From contig NW_025765803.1 of the NCBI RefSeq assembly GCF_003918875.1, positions 620,001-684,000 on the forward strand: a stretch of DNA of 64,000 nucleotides, in the 5' to 3' direction. The DNA is from Haliotis rubra (taxonomy: Eukaryota). The notes under the pieces were generated by a model. That model made no database searches, was not told the origin of the DNA, and saw nothing but the letters and a program-made list of their open reading frames with translations. Below are positions 24,816-39,600 of this stretch, piece by piece (position 1 is the stretch's first letter; every line of letters starts with the position of its first letter). The position numbers and the translations under genes were made by a program.

Positions 24816-26319
24816 CCAGTGACAAGCTGCCTCCTAGTTTTATGGCACTGACAAAAGATGAGGCAATTCCCAATGGTGCGGTGATGGTGTAGCTAAGCAT
24901 CACGGCATTACACTGTAGATTTCCTCCCATCTGCCACATGACATTAGGCACCTGCAAGCCACACGTGTCTTTTATCATAATAGTGATGAAAAAGAATCGA
25001 TTAGTAAAAATCGATGGATTTGGTTAATTTACATTTTATTTCTGAGTGAAACAGAGGCGAGACACCCAGGGTGTGTCTCAAGTTGGCTAACATATACAGA
25101 CAAATTTAGAAAACAAAAGCAAGATGTTTTCTGTTTTCTCAATAAATAATCAGTCCGAAATGGAATCGTCTCAGCATCCAGCAATAACTAAATACTAACA
25201 AAATCCTGATTGGAAAAAGTAACTGTGCATAACATCAAGTTGTCCATGCTCAACCGGAAGTTAGTCGTCATTAACTAACGTTGTCACAACGTTGTGATAC
25301 GTCATCACAAGGTTACAGTTATATGATGCTAACGTATTTTACGTTCTCTTACGTTATATTTAACGTCAATTCCGTCCCTAGTAGTGAGCAGTACATAAGA
25401 AACAAAGCAGAAATTCACTTCAAGTTTTATTCTTAAATTTGCATCTTGTTTTGTTTGTGTGTTTTCTGAATAGGGAGTAGTATTAGCTGAATAGTGAAGA
25501 AAGAATCCCTGAAAGAAATGCCAGAAAACTGTGACACCAAGTTATAAGAAATGGAAACTTCCACCCATGATTGAAAGCAAACGAACAGATACTTTCAGTA
25601 TATTCTTTCGTTGTAATAGTGACCTACAATGGCTGAAAAGGGAACAAATCAGAATTCGATAGCTGCAACTACCAAGACAGTTTTGTGTGAGAAGGAACCA
25701 ACAACCCGTACAGTGATGAAGCAACTACCATCGATGCGTACAGTTATTGTTTTCCTTAATATCTGCGTTTGTATGTTTTGACAGAAGCTAAAATCAGGAC
25801 ACAGCAGCTACATAACCTAATTAAGCCGATAACCTCATTTATAAAATCAATATGAAAAAATAAAATGAATTGAATTGATAATGTAAATTAAAGACATCGA
25901 AAGTGGTCGATTTCTCGGCTTTTCCAATTCGCGCCGAAAGACGTGTCAAGAAATGCTTCAAAGGTAAACAAAATATAATGTGTCATGACAAAATGATATA
26001 GGGGTTATAATCCATGACCGTTCAGCTTATAAGAATTCGATTTCATAAACATTTACTACTTGAAAATATCAATATCTTACGAAGTTTGGGACTCACTTTC
26101 TACCGCGATCGACTGTCTATCGGGGAAATGGTAGTTGATGTGACCAAATTCCGGTTGAGCGTGGACAGGGCTTTCCCCCTGTAAAAGCATTTTGCATGAA
26201 ATTGGATGTCACGTATTGTGCGTGGCACGTGCACTTTGTACACAATGAACTTACTCACTTTTTGTACACTTGAAGTTCACATACCTCATGTTGAAAATTG
26301 AAGAACGGTTGATTATTCT

Positions 26320-27112
26320 CCAGCCTCTAAATGTTGTGGAACACTCGTTAATTTCAACCGAAACTGCGCGTACGTCCTGCCAAGGCTTACAGAAAGTCAG
26401 CGTCTCCGCGCCGTATGTACATGTATGCTGGAGACTGGAATGGCCCAAAATGAAGCGGCCAGACATTTTGGTGTCCATGGAAACACGATTTCATTACTCA
26501 AGCCATTTCTACATAATCAAAACACGAGAGATTTGCCTCGGCCGTCCACGCGTGACGTCACGTCAGCAAGATAACCACATTCAGACTGACTGACTGACTG
26601 AATTTGGTTTTACGCCGCTTTTAGCAATATTCCAGCAACATCACTGCGGGGGGACACCAGAAATGGGCTTCACAAATTGTACCCATGTGGGGATTCAAAC
26701 GCGGGTCTTCGACGTGACGAGCCAACGCTTTAACCATTAGGCTACCCCACCGCCCCACCACATTCAGAACCGACTGAGGGAGCACAACATCTTTTCATGG
26801 TCAATGGCAATCTTCAGCACGAGGAATCACGCTCCAGCACCATAATGCCTAACCAAATGTCGCTCGTGTTGTGACAGATTTCCTGAGACAGCAATACATT
26901 CCGGTACTCTGTCCCATGTCATCTACAATTGTAATGACATGGAGAGACGTTTACGTCAAGCCCAGAATCAGCCATAGACGTTAGGTGAATTTGGACGAGC
27001 GTTGGTTCAGACATGGAACAACATTCCCGAAGCTTTCTGTCGCTTTGTGTCGCTTATGCGTCGTCGTTGTCAAGCCTGCATCAACGCCAATGTGAACACA
27101 CACGATACTGAG
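26320..27112 (+). mobile_element. Old Tc1/mariner transposase remnant, interrupted by a SINE
   Basis: MLETGMAQNEAARHFGVHGNTIS-like HTH, a RPRVTSRQQD segment and a C-terminal ..RRCQACINAN..HTRY* segment. SINE insertion at 26586-26757 with TSD ACCACATTCAGA. Confidence 0.7.
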
Positions 27113-27250
27113 TTAAACTGACTTCAAGTGCGTGTCACGATGCCTGATGTCAAATCATACATATTTCGATATTATCCTGTCAACAGTTAAACAGTGATTA
27201 AGGAAAAAAACACAAATCATGTTATTCACATGCAGTGTAAAATGCATATA

Positions 27251-28702
27251 TACTAGGCACATAAAGAAACTGTGCATACAAAAATTTAAAATCTAAATTC
27301 ATCAAACCTGTGTAGACAAATAAGGATTTAAACTCAGAGATTTAGTGACATGTATCCAACAAGGATGCACGTGCCACGTTCCGTGACGTCAGTGGGTTCG
27401 TCCTTGAGACGTGCAATACGTTTTTGCACGTGCATTTCGGGAAAGAGAAACAGAGCAAATGAATGCCACACAATACTGTCACTTTGGAAAGCTCAACCCC
27501 TGCCCTTGCGATCGTTCAAAAAATGTAACGGCTATTGCAACGCATAGCATGCCAAGGCTCACGTCTGCACAACGTCATGAGGCCATTGGGATGGTCCGTG
27601 GGGGAATGTCTCAACGACAAGTGGCTGCACATTTCCACTGCCACCGGAACACCATTTCTGCACTGGTGAGACGCTACCAGAACACAAATGACGTCATCGA
27701 TCGGCCACGTTCTGGATGTCCACGTGTAACAACGCCAAGACAGGACAGATGGATAAGGGTGACCCATCTTCGCCACAGGTTTCAGACTGCAGTGATGACT
27801 GCCCGAACCATCCCAGGACTTCGCCGTATCCACCCAAACACAGTTCGACAACGTTTACGTCATCACGGGATCAGACCATGACGTCCCGCAATACGGCCTA
27901 TCCCTTGTTTTGGTGGAGAAATGTTGTTTTTACAGATGAGTCCAGGTTTAACATTTCCCATAGTGATGGACGTCAAAGTGCCTATAGACGCGTGGGAGAA
28001 CGTTATGCACAGGCCTGTGTCTTGGAGAAGAATCGCTTTGGTGGTGGTTCCGTGATGATTTGGGGTGGAATAACAGCACGCCAAGGAACTCCTTTTGTGA
28101 TTGTTCAGGGCAACTTAACTGACGTGGGCTAGAGGGATCAGATTCTTCGACCTGTGGCAATTCCTTTTCTGCACGTCATGGCCCTGGGTTAACATTCTAA
28201 CAGGGCAGTGCCCACCCTCATACGGCAAGGGTTGCTATGGATTTCTTGCAACACCACAACGTTGACTTACTGCCTTGGCCTGCAAATTCACCGGATCTCT
28301 CCCCGATAGAGCATGTTTGGGACGAGATGGATTGACGTCTACGCCGTCTTCCTCATCCGCCAGATAACGTCCTTGACCTTGCAACAGAACTTGAGAGAAT
28401 CTGGCGTGACATCCCACAAGCCTTCCCTGCACGTTTGATAGGCTCTATGCGTCGTCAATGCACTGCTGTTCTCAATACCGATGGTGGACATACCCGTTAT
28501 TGAGCTTGTGACATGGTCGTTTGACCCCTGTCCCGCTTGTGGACTCGTGACGTCATTTCGATTGACTTTTCAATTGAAATTCTCCCGACTTGTTATGGTC
28601 TCATGATCCCTGCATTAAAGTTTATATGTACCTTTGACATTGTTATCGTACTTCAACTGGGATACTATTTTGACAATGCACAGTTTCTTTATGTGGCTAG
28701 TA
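27251..28702 (+). mobile_element. Tc1/mariner DNA transposon with disrupted transposase (about 27549-28503)
   Basis: TIRs TACTAG(G/C)CACATAAAGAAACTGTGCAT at both ends with TA flanks. MPRLTSAQRHEAIGM HTH, FTDESRF, GGGSVMIWGGI, SPDLSPIEHVWD. Contains stops and frameshifts. Confidence 0.92.
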
Positions 28703-30686
28703 TATATTGACAAACATTTGTTTTGAAAGCTCGCAGGTTTTTAGTGGATATAGTAGAGTGTATGTACAAAAAAGTGTCATCTTGGAACACATCCTACCAT
28801 ATATAACATACACAGAGTCGAACCCGGTCTGTAAAGGAGTTGTGTTAACACACATGGAAGCTACGTTACCATTACTGTACGGAACATGAATAACAGCTAC
28901 CTATGAAAGTGATTAAAATGAATGCTTTGTGTTTTCATAGTGTAATAAAACCGAAAAGGGTGTGCAATATGCTTCCAGTCAAGATCATGGTAGTTTGCAA
29001 ACGGTGAAAGTAATCTACGTTATGAAATCTACCTTACCACCTAATATGGAATCTTACAAAATATATTACTGGAAATAGAAGATTTCGCTTCGTAGCATAG
29101 TCAGAGAACCCAGGCACATAATTTGATAACCTACAACAGTTCCCACCGGATGCTGTCACATGGTCGCAGCACTTCATGAAGTGACATTTCACGAAATTCA
29201 AATTTGGAAGGGAAACTTCATCATTATTCGGGAAATTCCCCATGTAACAGGTAAGAATGTTTCTTAATTTACTTCATTGTAGGGATATAGTTTCACAATA
29301 TTGCAAAACAATTGTTCTGCTGTTGAGAATTTCTTCGGTAGAAGCATTTGGAAATAATCACTACTTGGGCTACTTAGCCATCATTTCAAAAGATTGATGT
29401 AAGTTGTATTTCGTGAAGCTTGTATCAATTCTGTTACCAAATAGAGTTTTAGACATTGATATCAACACTAAACTTATGATATTTTGATCTCTTAAGAAAA
29501 CTGCAACACATCTTTCCCCTCAATTTTGTACTCACTTCTCAAAGTATGGTAACGTAGATTGCAATGAATGAAGTAATACCTTCATAACTATCACATGTTC
29601 CGGTAGCTGTTATGAATATTTTATTTATTGCTCATCAAGTAGCAATAATGACATTCATATATGGTGAGTTGTTGTAAAATCAGTCGATATGAGGACGATT
29701 ATTACGTCCAATAAATTAGTTTGTAAGGTAACGTAGATTACAGTTTTGTAACGTAGATTACAAAATATGATTGCTGAATTCTGACAGAATGGGCATCACT
29801 CGTGCAGATCCAGCGGGATTACGGACAAGGGAATTGGGAGAAAAAAGGAATGAATGTTATTTATGTGAACAAATGTTTTTGGTGTAAATCTGTAATGTAC
29901 GTTACAAAGGCATTCATTCACAACCTGATCAATAATATTACCTCATATAAATGCTGTTGTATTGTCAGTGAAGTTCACGATATTACCTCTCAGATGTCGA
30001 TTCTTTTTGTCGCCTTCTTTTACGTAAAGAACTGCATTTAACAGTATAACAAAGTTATATTTTCAAGACCTGACTTGGTCAAGTTTGTTGTTATAATGCT
30101 AACAAACTCAACTGAGTGGAGAGGATCTTACGCGTAATGTTCTTAAAGAAACACAATTTTGGGATTAACGACTGAATTTTTGTGAATGATATCACCCTCA
30201 AAGTGTTATGCAGCCATCATAAAGAAAAGTCACGTAGATTACGACTGTGTAGGGCGTTGCATGATGTGTGATGGAATTTTTACAAGCTCCCCTTGAGTGC
30301 TACAATTTCTGATTTTCGTTCGTGACACTTTCGTCAATAAAACAGCAACAACACGTGACAGAAATATTGTCTTTACTTTCTGACGATTTGTGTCTTTCAA
30401 ATGTGAGAATTTGTGTATTATCTTTTTTGCATTATAAAATGGCATGACATCAAGTAATGCACAGTTACTTTATTCCTGTAGTATACTACCGATGATTATT
30501 TGAAGGTGTAAGACGACACATCTGTAAATGAATTTCACGTGTGTCGATTACTATCTAGGTGGCCTACCATGGTGGTCGACATCTTGACAGAGTGCTGTTC
30601 ATATACCTTACTGCCAGGCATGTATCAGATCCATAGCTTACAAGTGCCAAATCGTGGTGCCTCATGTCTGGAAATATTCGCTTCAA

Positions 30687-33600
30687 TTACGGATCGGTCA
30701 TTCCGACAAGCTTGACAGCGTCTATCTCTACAGCTCCATACGCGAAATAAGGATCCACCCACACCTTGATGACATCAGACGTAAAGGTCGGCAACTGCAA
30801 CAGGTAACAGGTGAACCAAAATGTCATCAGGGGTTGGACAGGGAGGGACGAAGGGAGGGTAGAGGGATGGGACTAATGGGGAAATGGGAAGGGAGGCTAT
30901 ACACAGAGCAATGGGTGGGGGTGGGGAGGTTGTTTGGCGTGGGGAGTGAGTGAATGGGTTGGTTTTACCCCCGTTTAGCAGTCATCCTGCAATATCACAG
31001 AGGAGAAGACCAGATATGGGCTTCACACATTGTACCCATGTCAGGAATCGAACCCGGGCCATCAAACTCATTTTGACTCTGTACTTACAATGTTTATTAA
31101 TGCAGACTTGTTCTCGTCACTATATGGCTAGAATAATACCGATGTGACGTAAAGCCAAATCAACTCAACTCAACTCAACTCAACTCAACTCAACTCGGCG
31201 TGAAGAGCAAACGCTTTAACCACTGGGTTTCCCCAGCGCCCCGTTTTTGGGAAAGGAGAGAAAGATACAGGAGAAAGGTACAGGAGAAAGGTACAGGAGA
31301 AAGGTAGGTATTAAGGGACAAAGATGTTTGGTTGGTTGGTTTGTTGGTTTACGCTGAACACTACTTTCCCTATATGCTATATGTAAATTATCAAGTCTGG
31401 AACACAATACGGTGATCAACAACTGATTGTACGTATTTGGGGAATCGAACCGGATCCTTGGCGTGACGTGCGAACTGCCACCCAAGAAAGGATGGAGATG
31501 AATAGAGGATTGTATTCTCACACTTGTCAAAACGTATTTGGCGATTCGGCTTGAAGTTAGACGCTGTAAGTGTTGCGCCCTGTACATGGTCAGAAATTGC
31601 CCGGTAGATGCGCGGATCTCCACCTTCCACACTGCGCCTGCGCGGTAAGTCTCGTACACGTGCACTTCAGAGATGAAGAGTTTCATGGCGTACTTCAACT
31701 GCAAAACAAAAGTTTCACTTCAATGACAAAGAGCCGTTTAAACGAATTCCGTAAAGTGACTGATCATATATAATTGTTTTAACGTTCACCAGTTTGAAGT
31801 TAAATGACACGTATGTTAAGATCACAAGTCAAAAAGTTCTATCATGGAATGAAGGAGTTCCTGTCTACGAAAACCTAATACTGCCACTTTTGTATCATAA
31901 CATTTCTCGTTGATTTCTTACAAAAATGGCACAATTAGGCTTTCGTACCTTCCTCCAACAAAAGGAATGCCCCAAAATTTACTGAAAAACGCAAAATGTT
32001 GTTTAAACCAATCGATATTTGCCCCCAAAGTACATCTTTAATGCTCATTCAACACAAGTGTGAATATTAACCACTTTCAATCATGAAATGCAATACTAGC
32101 ATTCTTTCCAATATCATGACGTTGTTTCTGATGCATTTGAAGGGATTACCCCTGAATCAGAACGACGGTGACGGTGTTCAACGTTATCTGTGGGATGCAC
32201 AGCATGAAAAGCACGAGATTCACAAATACACGTGCAACGTGCAAGGAGCGATAAGTTGTGATTTGTGATAGGTTGCAAACCCAAGTTTATTTTACGCCGC
32301 GGCGGTCTGTTTGAGTGGACCAGTCAGTGATTGAGCTCGTTCCAGAACAAACCAAGAGTGAGTGAGTTTATTTTTACGCCGCGGCGGTCTGTAAATAATC
32401 GAGTATGGACCAGACAATTCAGTGATCAACAACATGAGCATCGATCTGCGCAGTTGGGAACCAATGACATGTGTCAACTAAGTCAACGAGCCTGACCACC
32501 CGATCCCGTTAGTCGCCTCTTACGACAAGCATAGTCGCCTTTTGTGGCAAGCAAGGGTTGCTGAAGACCTATTCTACCCCAACAATCCAAGAACAACTCC
32601 CCCTGTTCATCATTCCTTCATTATACTAACACACCTCCATTGTGAACATTTATATGAATCATTTCTTCGGTACTGACATATCAAATTCTCGCACACAGAT
32701 TTGACTGGATCTTGTGTTAAAAGAGATGAACATGAAACATCCAGACCATACTTACCTCAACATATTGTTGATAGTTGTTTGTGTTGGATTGGCCCCAGGC
32801 TTTAACGTTGTGGCCGTAGCTGGGGTAGACGTCAGGTTCTCCAATCACTTGACTAGCGGCGCTGAGAAACATATAGTGTTAAGATCAAAGTAGTACATAA
32901 CGTGTGTGGGCGCAATTACCCAGCAGGGCACACCAGAAATGGGCTTCACACATCGTACCCATATGGGATTCGAACCCGGGTACTCGGTGTAGCGAGCAAA
33001 CAGTAGTTACACATCTACACAACCTTCATCAAGTGTCACCAGTGGGAACAAATATGTCGTTTATGTTCAAGGAGCGTGTTAGGCATTTTATGACTGACTG
33101 AGTTTGGCTTTACGCCGCTTTTAGCAATATTCCAGCAACATCACGACGGGGGACACCAGAAATGGGCCTCACACGTTATACCCATGTGGTCATTTTATGA
33201 AAGATGTATAAGATAGGAGCTTTAAGACTGACTGACTGAGTTTAGCTTTACGCCGCTTTGAGCAATATTCCAGCAATATCACGACGGGAGACACCAGTAA
33301 TGGGCTTCATACATTGTGCCCATGTGGGGAATCGAACCCGGGTCTTCGGCGTGACGAGAAGATTGCAATTCACCGATTCACAAAGACTACATGAAACGGA
33401 TTTCAGCAATTGTATAAAAGTGTTTGCAACTTTCATGTTTTACCGAATTACAAAACAACCAAATTCGAATTCGAAAACGAACCAATAACAAAATAGTGTA
33501 TGTTTTGTAATTCCTATATTTAAATTGGTCAAGTGTATTTACTTGTCGTCATTGGACATCTGTGACGAGTAGGTCAGCACTTCTTTCACCCATAGTTCTA

Positions 33601-36600
33601 CCTCTACAACAGAGATAACAGACAGTAAAACAAGGGGCCTGATCACGTTGTCGGACGATATTACGAGGAGTGAGTATTGTTTTACGCCGCGTTCAACAAT
33701 AGTCAAGCAATATCACGGCGGGGGACACCAGGAATGTGTCCATGTGGGGAATCAAACCCGGTGTTTGCCATGACATGCGAACGCTTTAACCACTAGGCTA
33801 CCCCATCGCCTCCATTTACGGGGATTTGTATATAATAATGTTGTTTATATAAACATAATTTATTCATGAAATGTAAACATGACATGGATATGTATTAGCA
33901 CAACAAGCCAATGGCTTACGTAGTGCCACTCCTTCAAATATAACACAATGCCATCAATAATTAATTTCAAACAATGTACAGAAGGAATTATTTCCATAAA
34001 GGCATGAAATGCATGATAACAGGGAAAAGCCTACAAATTACATTCAATGGTATATAATATTCTGCATGTACTGACGATGTGTTTTGTTTTTAGTCAGCTA
34101 TAGATACATCGATATCAATGAAGGTGACATTCGTAACTACTCGTGTCATTCCGGCAAGCCGGGTGGCGACGCGTACCCCTCTCGTGGCTATATATTAACG
34201 ACTCGGCTTTGCCTAAGCGCCAGAGGGCACAGAAGAAAATAGCCTAGGACTATTTCCAAGGAAAGATAACTCTGTATTTCCATACATGGCTAGTCCTAGA
34301 AATTTATAATACAACACGACGGCCACTTTAAGTAAGTTTTTTAATGTCGTTAACAAATATAAGTAGCAAGATAATTGTATAATCACGGGTCGGAAATAAT
34401 AGTGAAAATCGATAATCGCAAAGAAACAATTTGACTCACGTCACATTTTACTACGCGCGATTTCATTGGTTTGCCACGATTCTTGGCACTAATGGCATAC
34501 TATAAAGGTACGACTACGAGTCTTCTTATAGGTCACGGAAAGAGGCGAGTAGTTACGAATGTGAAGTTGAGGGAACGTTGTACTACTCCATGCATGGACA
34601 TGCACGGACACGCCAGTTGTCTGCCATTGGGGCAATGTGTTGAGCTGATGTCGTTAAGCATTACCGTATATGCGATTTAACCCGAAAGCTGATATCAATC
34701 TCACTTGGCGAAAACTGATTTGAGTGGATGCATAGATTTATGTATTCTTGGTTGTGACGTGTTGTATACATGTACGCCGAATGCAATTTTCTCCTTCCGG
34801 CTGCTCAAACCGATGCGCAAAACGATCGAATATTTTCCGGTCACAGATTAGGTATACGATCACTTCATAACTCTTTGTCGGTGGTTCATTAACGTGTGAC
34901 AAATATAAGCTGGTCATGCATTGAGCTAGCAAAAGACGTCAGTCTCAGATTTTCCATACGTCAGTAATTTATGTAATGCAATAAACATTTCTGGTTGACA
35001 CGTGTCCATGTATTTATTGATTTAAAACAGCAAAGAGGATTTTGTGGTCAAAATATTACGGATATCTATTTTGGAATAATAGCAAAAAGGGATATTAGAT
35101 TTCCATGAACCAATCCTAGGAGTCTGAGGATGGAGCAGTACAGATCAGTTTCATACCTTGTGATGTAGCCACCGTGGTCGTTGTTAACGAAGTTGTCGGT
35201 GTAGTCGTGGTAGTTGTAGTAGTGGTGGTGGTGGTAGTCGTAGTCGGAGTGGTAGTAGTCGTAGTAGGAGTAGTAGTCATCGTCGAAGTAGTAGTAGCAG
35301 CAGCAGAAGTTGTAGTGGTAGTTGATGAAGTTGTTGGTGCAGTCGTGGTGGCGGTCGTCATGGTTTCGGTTGATGTAGTTGTGTAGGTGGCTGCTACTGG
35401 GGTAGTCATGGGTGTTACAGTTGCTGCCGTTACCATCGGTGTTGGAGTAGGCGCATTGGATGCAGTTGTCACAGCTGTTGGTGGTGTCGCAGTTAATGCA
35501 GCGGGGGTTGTGATGGAGCCTGCAGTTATAGTAATGTTGTTGCAGCAATGACGGTTATTGCAAACAATCTTTGCATTTCAGAAGCATTTATTGTAATAAT
35601 TGGAAGAGTAATATATTTCAGCTTTTAGGTTGGAATACTGAAGACCATATTTATCTGTCACCATTCAGATATCTCTCCTTGTCAGTTGTACGTTATTCAT
35701 AACTTGGGCGACCGCGACAGATGCTGCTCGTAAGTGACGAAAATATAGATTTCGGGAAGATCAGGCTGGTCATCGTAACCAATGGCTGGTCACCGTAACC
35801 CGATGGCTGGTCATCGTAACCTATGGCTGGTCACCGTAACCCGATGGCTGGTCATCGTAACCCGATGGCTGGTCACCGTAACCCGATGGCTGGTCACCGT
35901 AACCCGATGGCTGGTCACCGTAGCCCGATGGCTGGTTACCGTAGCCCGATGGCTGGTCACTGGCTGGTCACCGTAACCCGATGGCTGGTCACCGGCTGGT
36001 CACCGTAACCCGGTGGCTGGGCGATGCTTAAAATGTCAATCACCGGTCTGCGGGGAACAACATTATTTGCTGTCCACAGTCACAGACCTACAATATTTGT
36101 CGCATTAAACAAGACACAATTCATCGACTCATTACAAGGGGAGTTCGGATAACAACGTATATATTACTCTGGTCATCTATTGGCAATGTTAGTATTTACC
36201 GCGAAAATGAAAATTAGTGTCACTTAAGTTGCCCAAAGCAGAATTCAGGGAAAGGCATCATCATTTGGGATCTGAGGTATGAATCTTGTAGATTTACCAA
36301 GATTTAACATGGATTTAATACGGCTTGAGTGAGTTTAGTTTTACGCCGCGTTTAGCAATATTCCAACAATATCAAGGCGGTGGACACCAGAAATGCGAAC
36401 GACTTAGCCAGCATGCTTGTTTATTTGGGTGTCAAAAATTATCAGACACATCATTAGAGTTGGTCTGTCGATTTCATGTGACTGTATCAAATTTGGTTAT
36501 GTTGCAATTATTAGATTTTCTGTTAGTAAGCTATTCTTCGGTCTCAAATGAAATCAAACGGACTGTAGATATTTGCAAATTGAAAGCTCGGCGTTAATAC

Positions 36601-39600
36601 ATGACACCGTTATACAAGTGATAAGTATTACATTAACAGAATCATAAACTAGGTACCTTCAGATGTTGTCATGGGCGTCACATTTGAAGTTACAGGCATC
36701 GGTGTTGTTGTTGTTGAAGTTGATGCCGATGTTGTTAGGGTAGTTGTTGAAATGGGAACCGCACCTGTTTTCCGAAACTTTACGATCAATATTTCGCTAT
36801 TGTAGTTGGAATGGACTGATTGTTATACTGGTGGTTGCAGATGTCAGTGTTAGGTATATCTTACCTTGGTTGTAGTAGATGTCAGTATCAGGTATGTCTT
36901 ACCTTGGTGGTAGTAGATGTCGTCAGTGTTAGGTATGTCTTACTTTGATGGTAGTAGATGTCAGTGTCAGGTATATCTTACCTTGGTGGTAGTAGATGTC
37001 AGTGTCAGGTATATCTTACCTAGATGGTAGTAGATGTCAGTGTCAGGTATATCTTACCTTGGTGGTAGTAGATGTCAGTGTCAGGTATATCTTACCTTGG
37101 TGGTAGTAGATGTCAGTGTCAGGTATATCTTACCTTGGTGGTAGTAGATGTCAGTGTCAGGTATATCTTACCTTGATGGTAGTAGATGTCAGTGTCAGGT
37201 ATATCTTACCTTGGTGGTAGTAGATGTCAGTGTCAGGTATATCTTACCTTGATGGTAGTAGATGTCAGTGTTAGGTATGTCTTACTTTGATGGTAGTAGA
37301 TGTCAGTGTCAGGTATGTCTTACCTTGGTGGTAGTAGATGTCTGTGTCAGATATGTTTTACCTTGATCGTAGTAGATGTCAGTGTTAGGTATGTTTTACT
37401 TTGATGGTAGTAGATGTCAGTGTCAAGTATGTCTTACTTTGGTGGTAGTAGATGTCAGTGTCCGGTATGTCTTACCTTGGTGGTAGTAGATGTCAGTGTC
37501 AGGTATATTTTATCTTGGTAGTAGCAGATGCCAGTGCAAGGTGTGTCTTACCTTGGTGGTAGTAGATGTCAGTGTCAGGTATCTCTTACCTTGATGGTAG
37601 TAGATGTCAGTGTCAGGTATATCTTACCTTGGTGGTAGTAGATGTCAGTGTCAGGTATATTTTATCTTGGTAGTAGCAGATGTCAGTGCAAGGTGTGTCT
37701 TACCTTGGTTGTAGTAGATGTCTCTGTCAGGTATATCTCACCTTGGTGGTAGTAGATGTCAGTATCAGGTATATCTTACCTTGGTGGCTGTAGATGTCAG
37801 TGTCAATGTCAGGTTATCTTACCTTGGTGGCTGTAGATGTCAGTGTCAGGTATATCTTACCTTGGTGGTAGTAGATGTCAGTGTCAGGTATATATTTATC
37901 TTGGTAGTAGCAGATGTCAGTGCAAGGTGTGTCTTACCTTGGTGGTAGTAGATGTCAGGTATATTTTATCTTGGTGTCAGGTGCAATATCTTACCTTGGT
38001 GGTAGTAGATGTCTCTGTCAGGTATATCACCTTAGCGGTAGTAGATGTCAGTGTCAGGTATATCTTACCTTGGTGGTAGTAGATGTCAGTGTCAGGTATA
38101 TCTTATCTTGGTGGTAGTAGATGTCAGTGCAAGGTGTGTCTTACCTTGGTTGTAGTAGATGTCTCTGTCAGGTATATCTCACCTTGGCGGTAGTAGATGT
38201 CAGTGTTAGGTATATCTTACCTTGGTGGTAGTAGATGTCAGTATCAGGTATATCTTACCTTGGTGGCTGTAGATGTCAGTGTCAATGTCAGGTTATCTTA
38301 CCTTGGTGGCTGTAGATGTCAGTGTCAGGTATATCTTACCTTGGTGGTAGTAGATGTCAGTGTCAGGTATATCTTACCTTGATGGTAGTAGATGTCAGTG
38401 TTAGGTATGTCTTACTTTGATGGTAGTAGATGTCAGTGTCCGGTATGTCTTACCTTGGTGGTAGTAGATGTCTGTGTCAGATATGTTTTATATCCCTTGA
38501 TGGTAGTAGATGTCAGTGTCAGGTATGTCTTACCTTGGTGGTAGTAGATGTCAGTGTCAGGTAGGTATGTTTTACTTTGATGGTAGTAGATGTCAGTGTC
38601 AAGTATGTCTTACTTTGGTGGTAGTAGATGTCAGTGTCCGGTATGTCTTACCTTGGTGGTAGTAGATGTCAGTGTCAGGTATATTTTATCTTGGTAGTAG
38701 CAGATGCCAGTGCAAGGTGTGTCTTACCTTGGTGGTAGTAGATGTCAGTGTCAGGTATCTCTTACCTTGATGGTAGTAGATGTCAGTGTCAGGTATATCT
38801 TACCTTGGTGGTAGTAGATGTCAGTGTCAGGTATATTTTATCTTGGTAGTAGCAGATGTCAGTGCAAGGTGTGTCTTACCTTGGTTGTAGTAGATGTCTC
38901 TGTCAGGTATATCTCACCTTGGTGGTAGTAGATGTCAGTATCAGGTATATCTTACCTTGGTGGCTGTAGATGTCAGTGTCAATGTCAGGTTATCTTACCT
39001 TGGTGGCTGTAGATGTCAGTGTCAGGTATATCTTACCTTGGTGGTAGTAGATGTCAGTGTCAGGTATATTTTATCTTGGTAGTAGCAGATGTCAGTGCAA
39101 GGTGTGTCTTACCTTGGTGGTAGTAGATGTCTCTGTCAGGTATATCTTACCTTGGTGGTAGTAGATGTCAGTGTCAGGTATATCTTACCTTGGTGGTAGT
39201 AGATGTCAGTGTCAGGTATATTTTATCTTGGTAGTAGCAGATGTCAGTGCAAGGTGTGTCTTACCTTGGTTGTAGTAGATGTCTCTGTCAGGTATATCTC
39301 ACCTTGGCGGTAGTAGATGTCAGTGTCAGGTATATCTTACCTTGGTGGTAGTAGATGTCAGTATCAGGTATATCTTACCTTGGTGGCTGTAGATGTCAGT
39401 GTCAATGTCAGGTTATCTTACCTTGGTGGCTGTAGATGTCAGTGTCAGGTATATCTTACCTTGGTGGTAGTAGATGTCAGTGTCAGGTATATTTTATCTT
39501 GGTAGTAGCAGATGTCAGTGCAAGGTGTGTCTTACCTTGGTGGTAGTAGATGTCTCTGTCAGGTATATCTTACCTTGGCGGTAGTAGATGTCAGTGTCAG

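Noticed and set aside
29230-29241. NF-kB-like site GGGAAATTCCCC (weaker ones near 49853 and 50023)
   Set aside because: Short motif expected by chance. The best match is far from any identified start and probably lies in repeat DNA.
29000-30400. Recurrent ACGTAGATTAC motif suggesting a DNA-transposon remnant
   Set aside because: Termini and TSD could not be defined.
31216-31704. Stand-alone 162-aa ORF
   Set aside because: Only 31698-31522 is exon. The rest is intron and SINE read-through.
35066-35548. Poly-Val (+) and His/Tyr-rich (-) ORFs
   Set aside because: Alternative frames of the poly-Thr exon 35519-35157.
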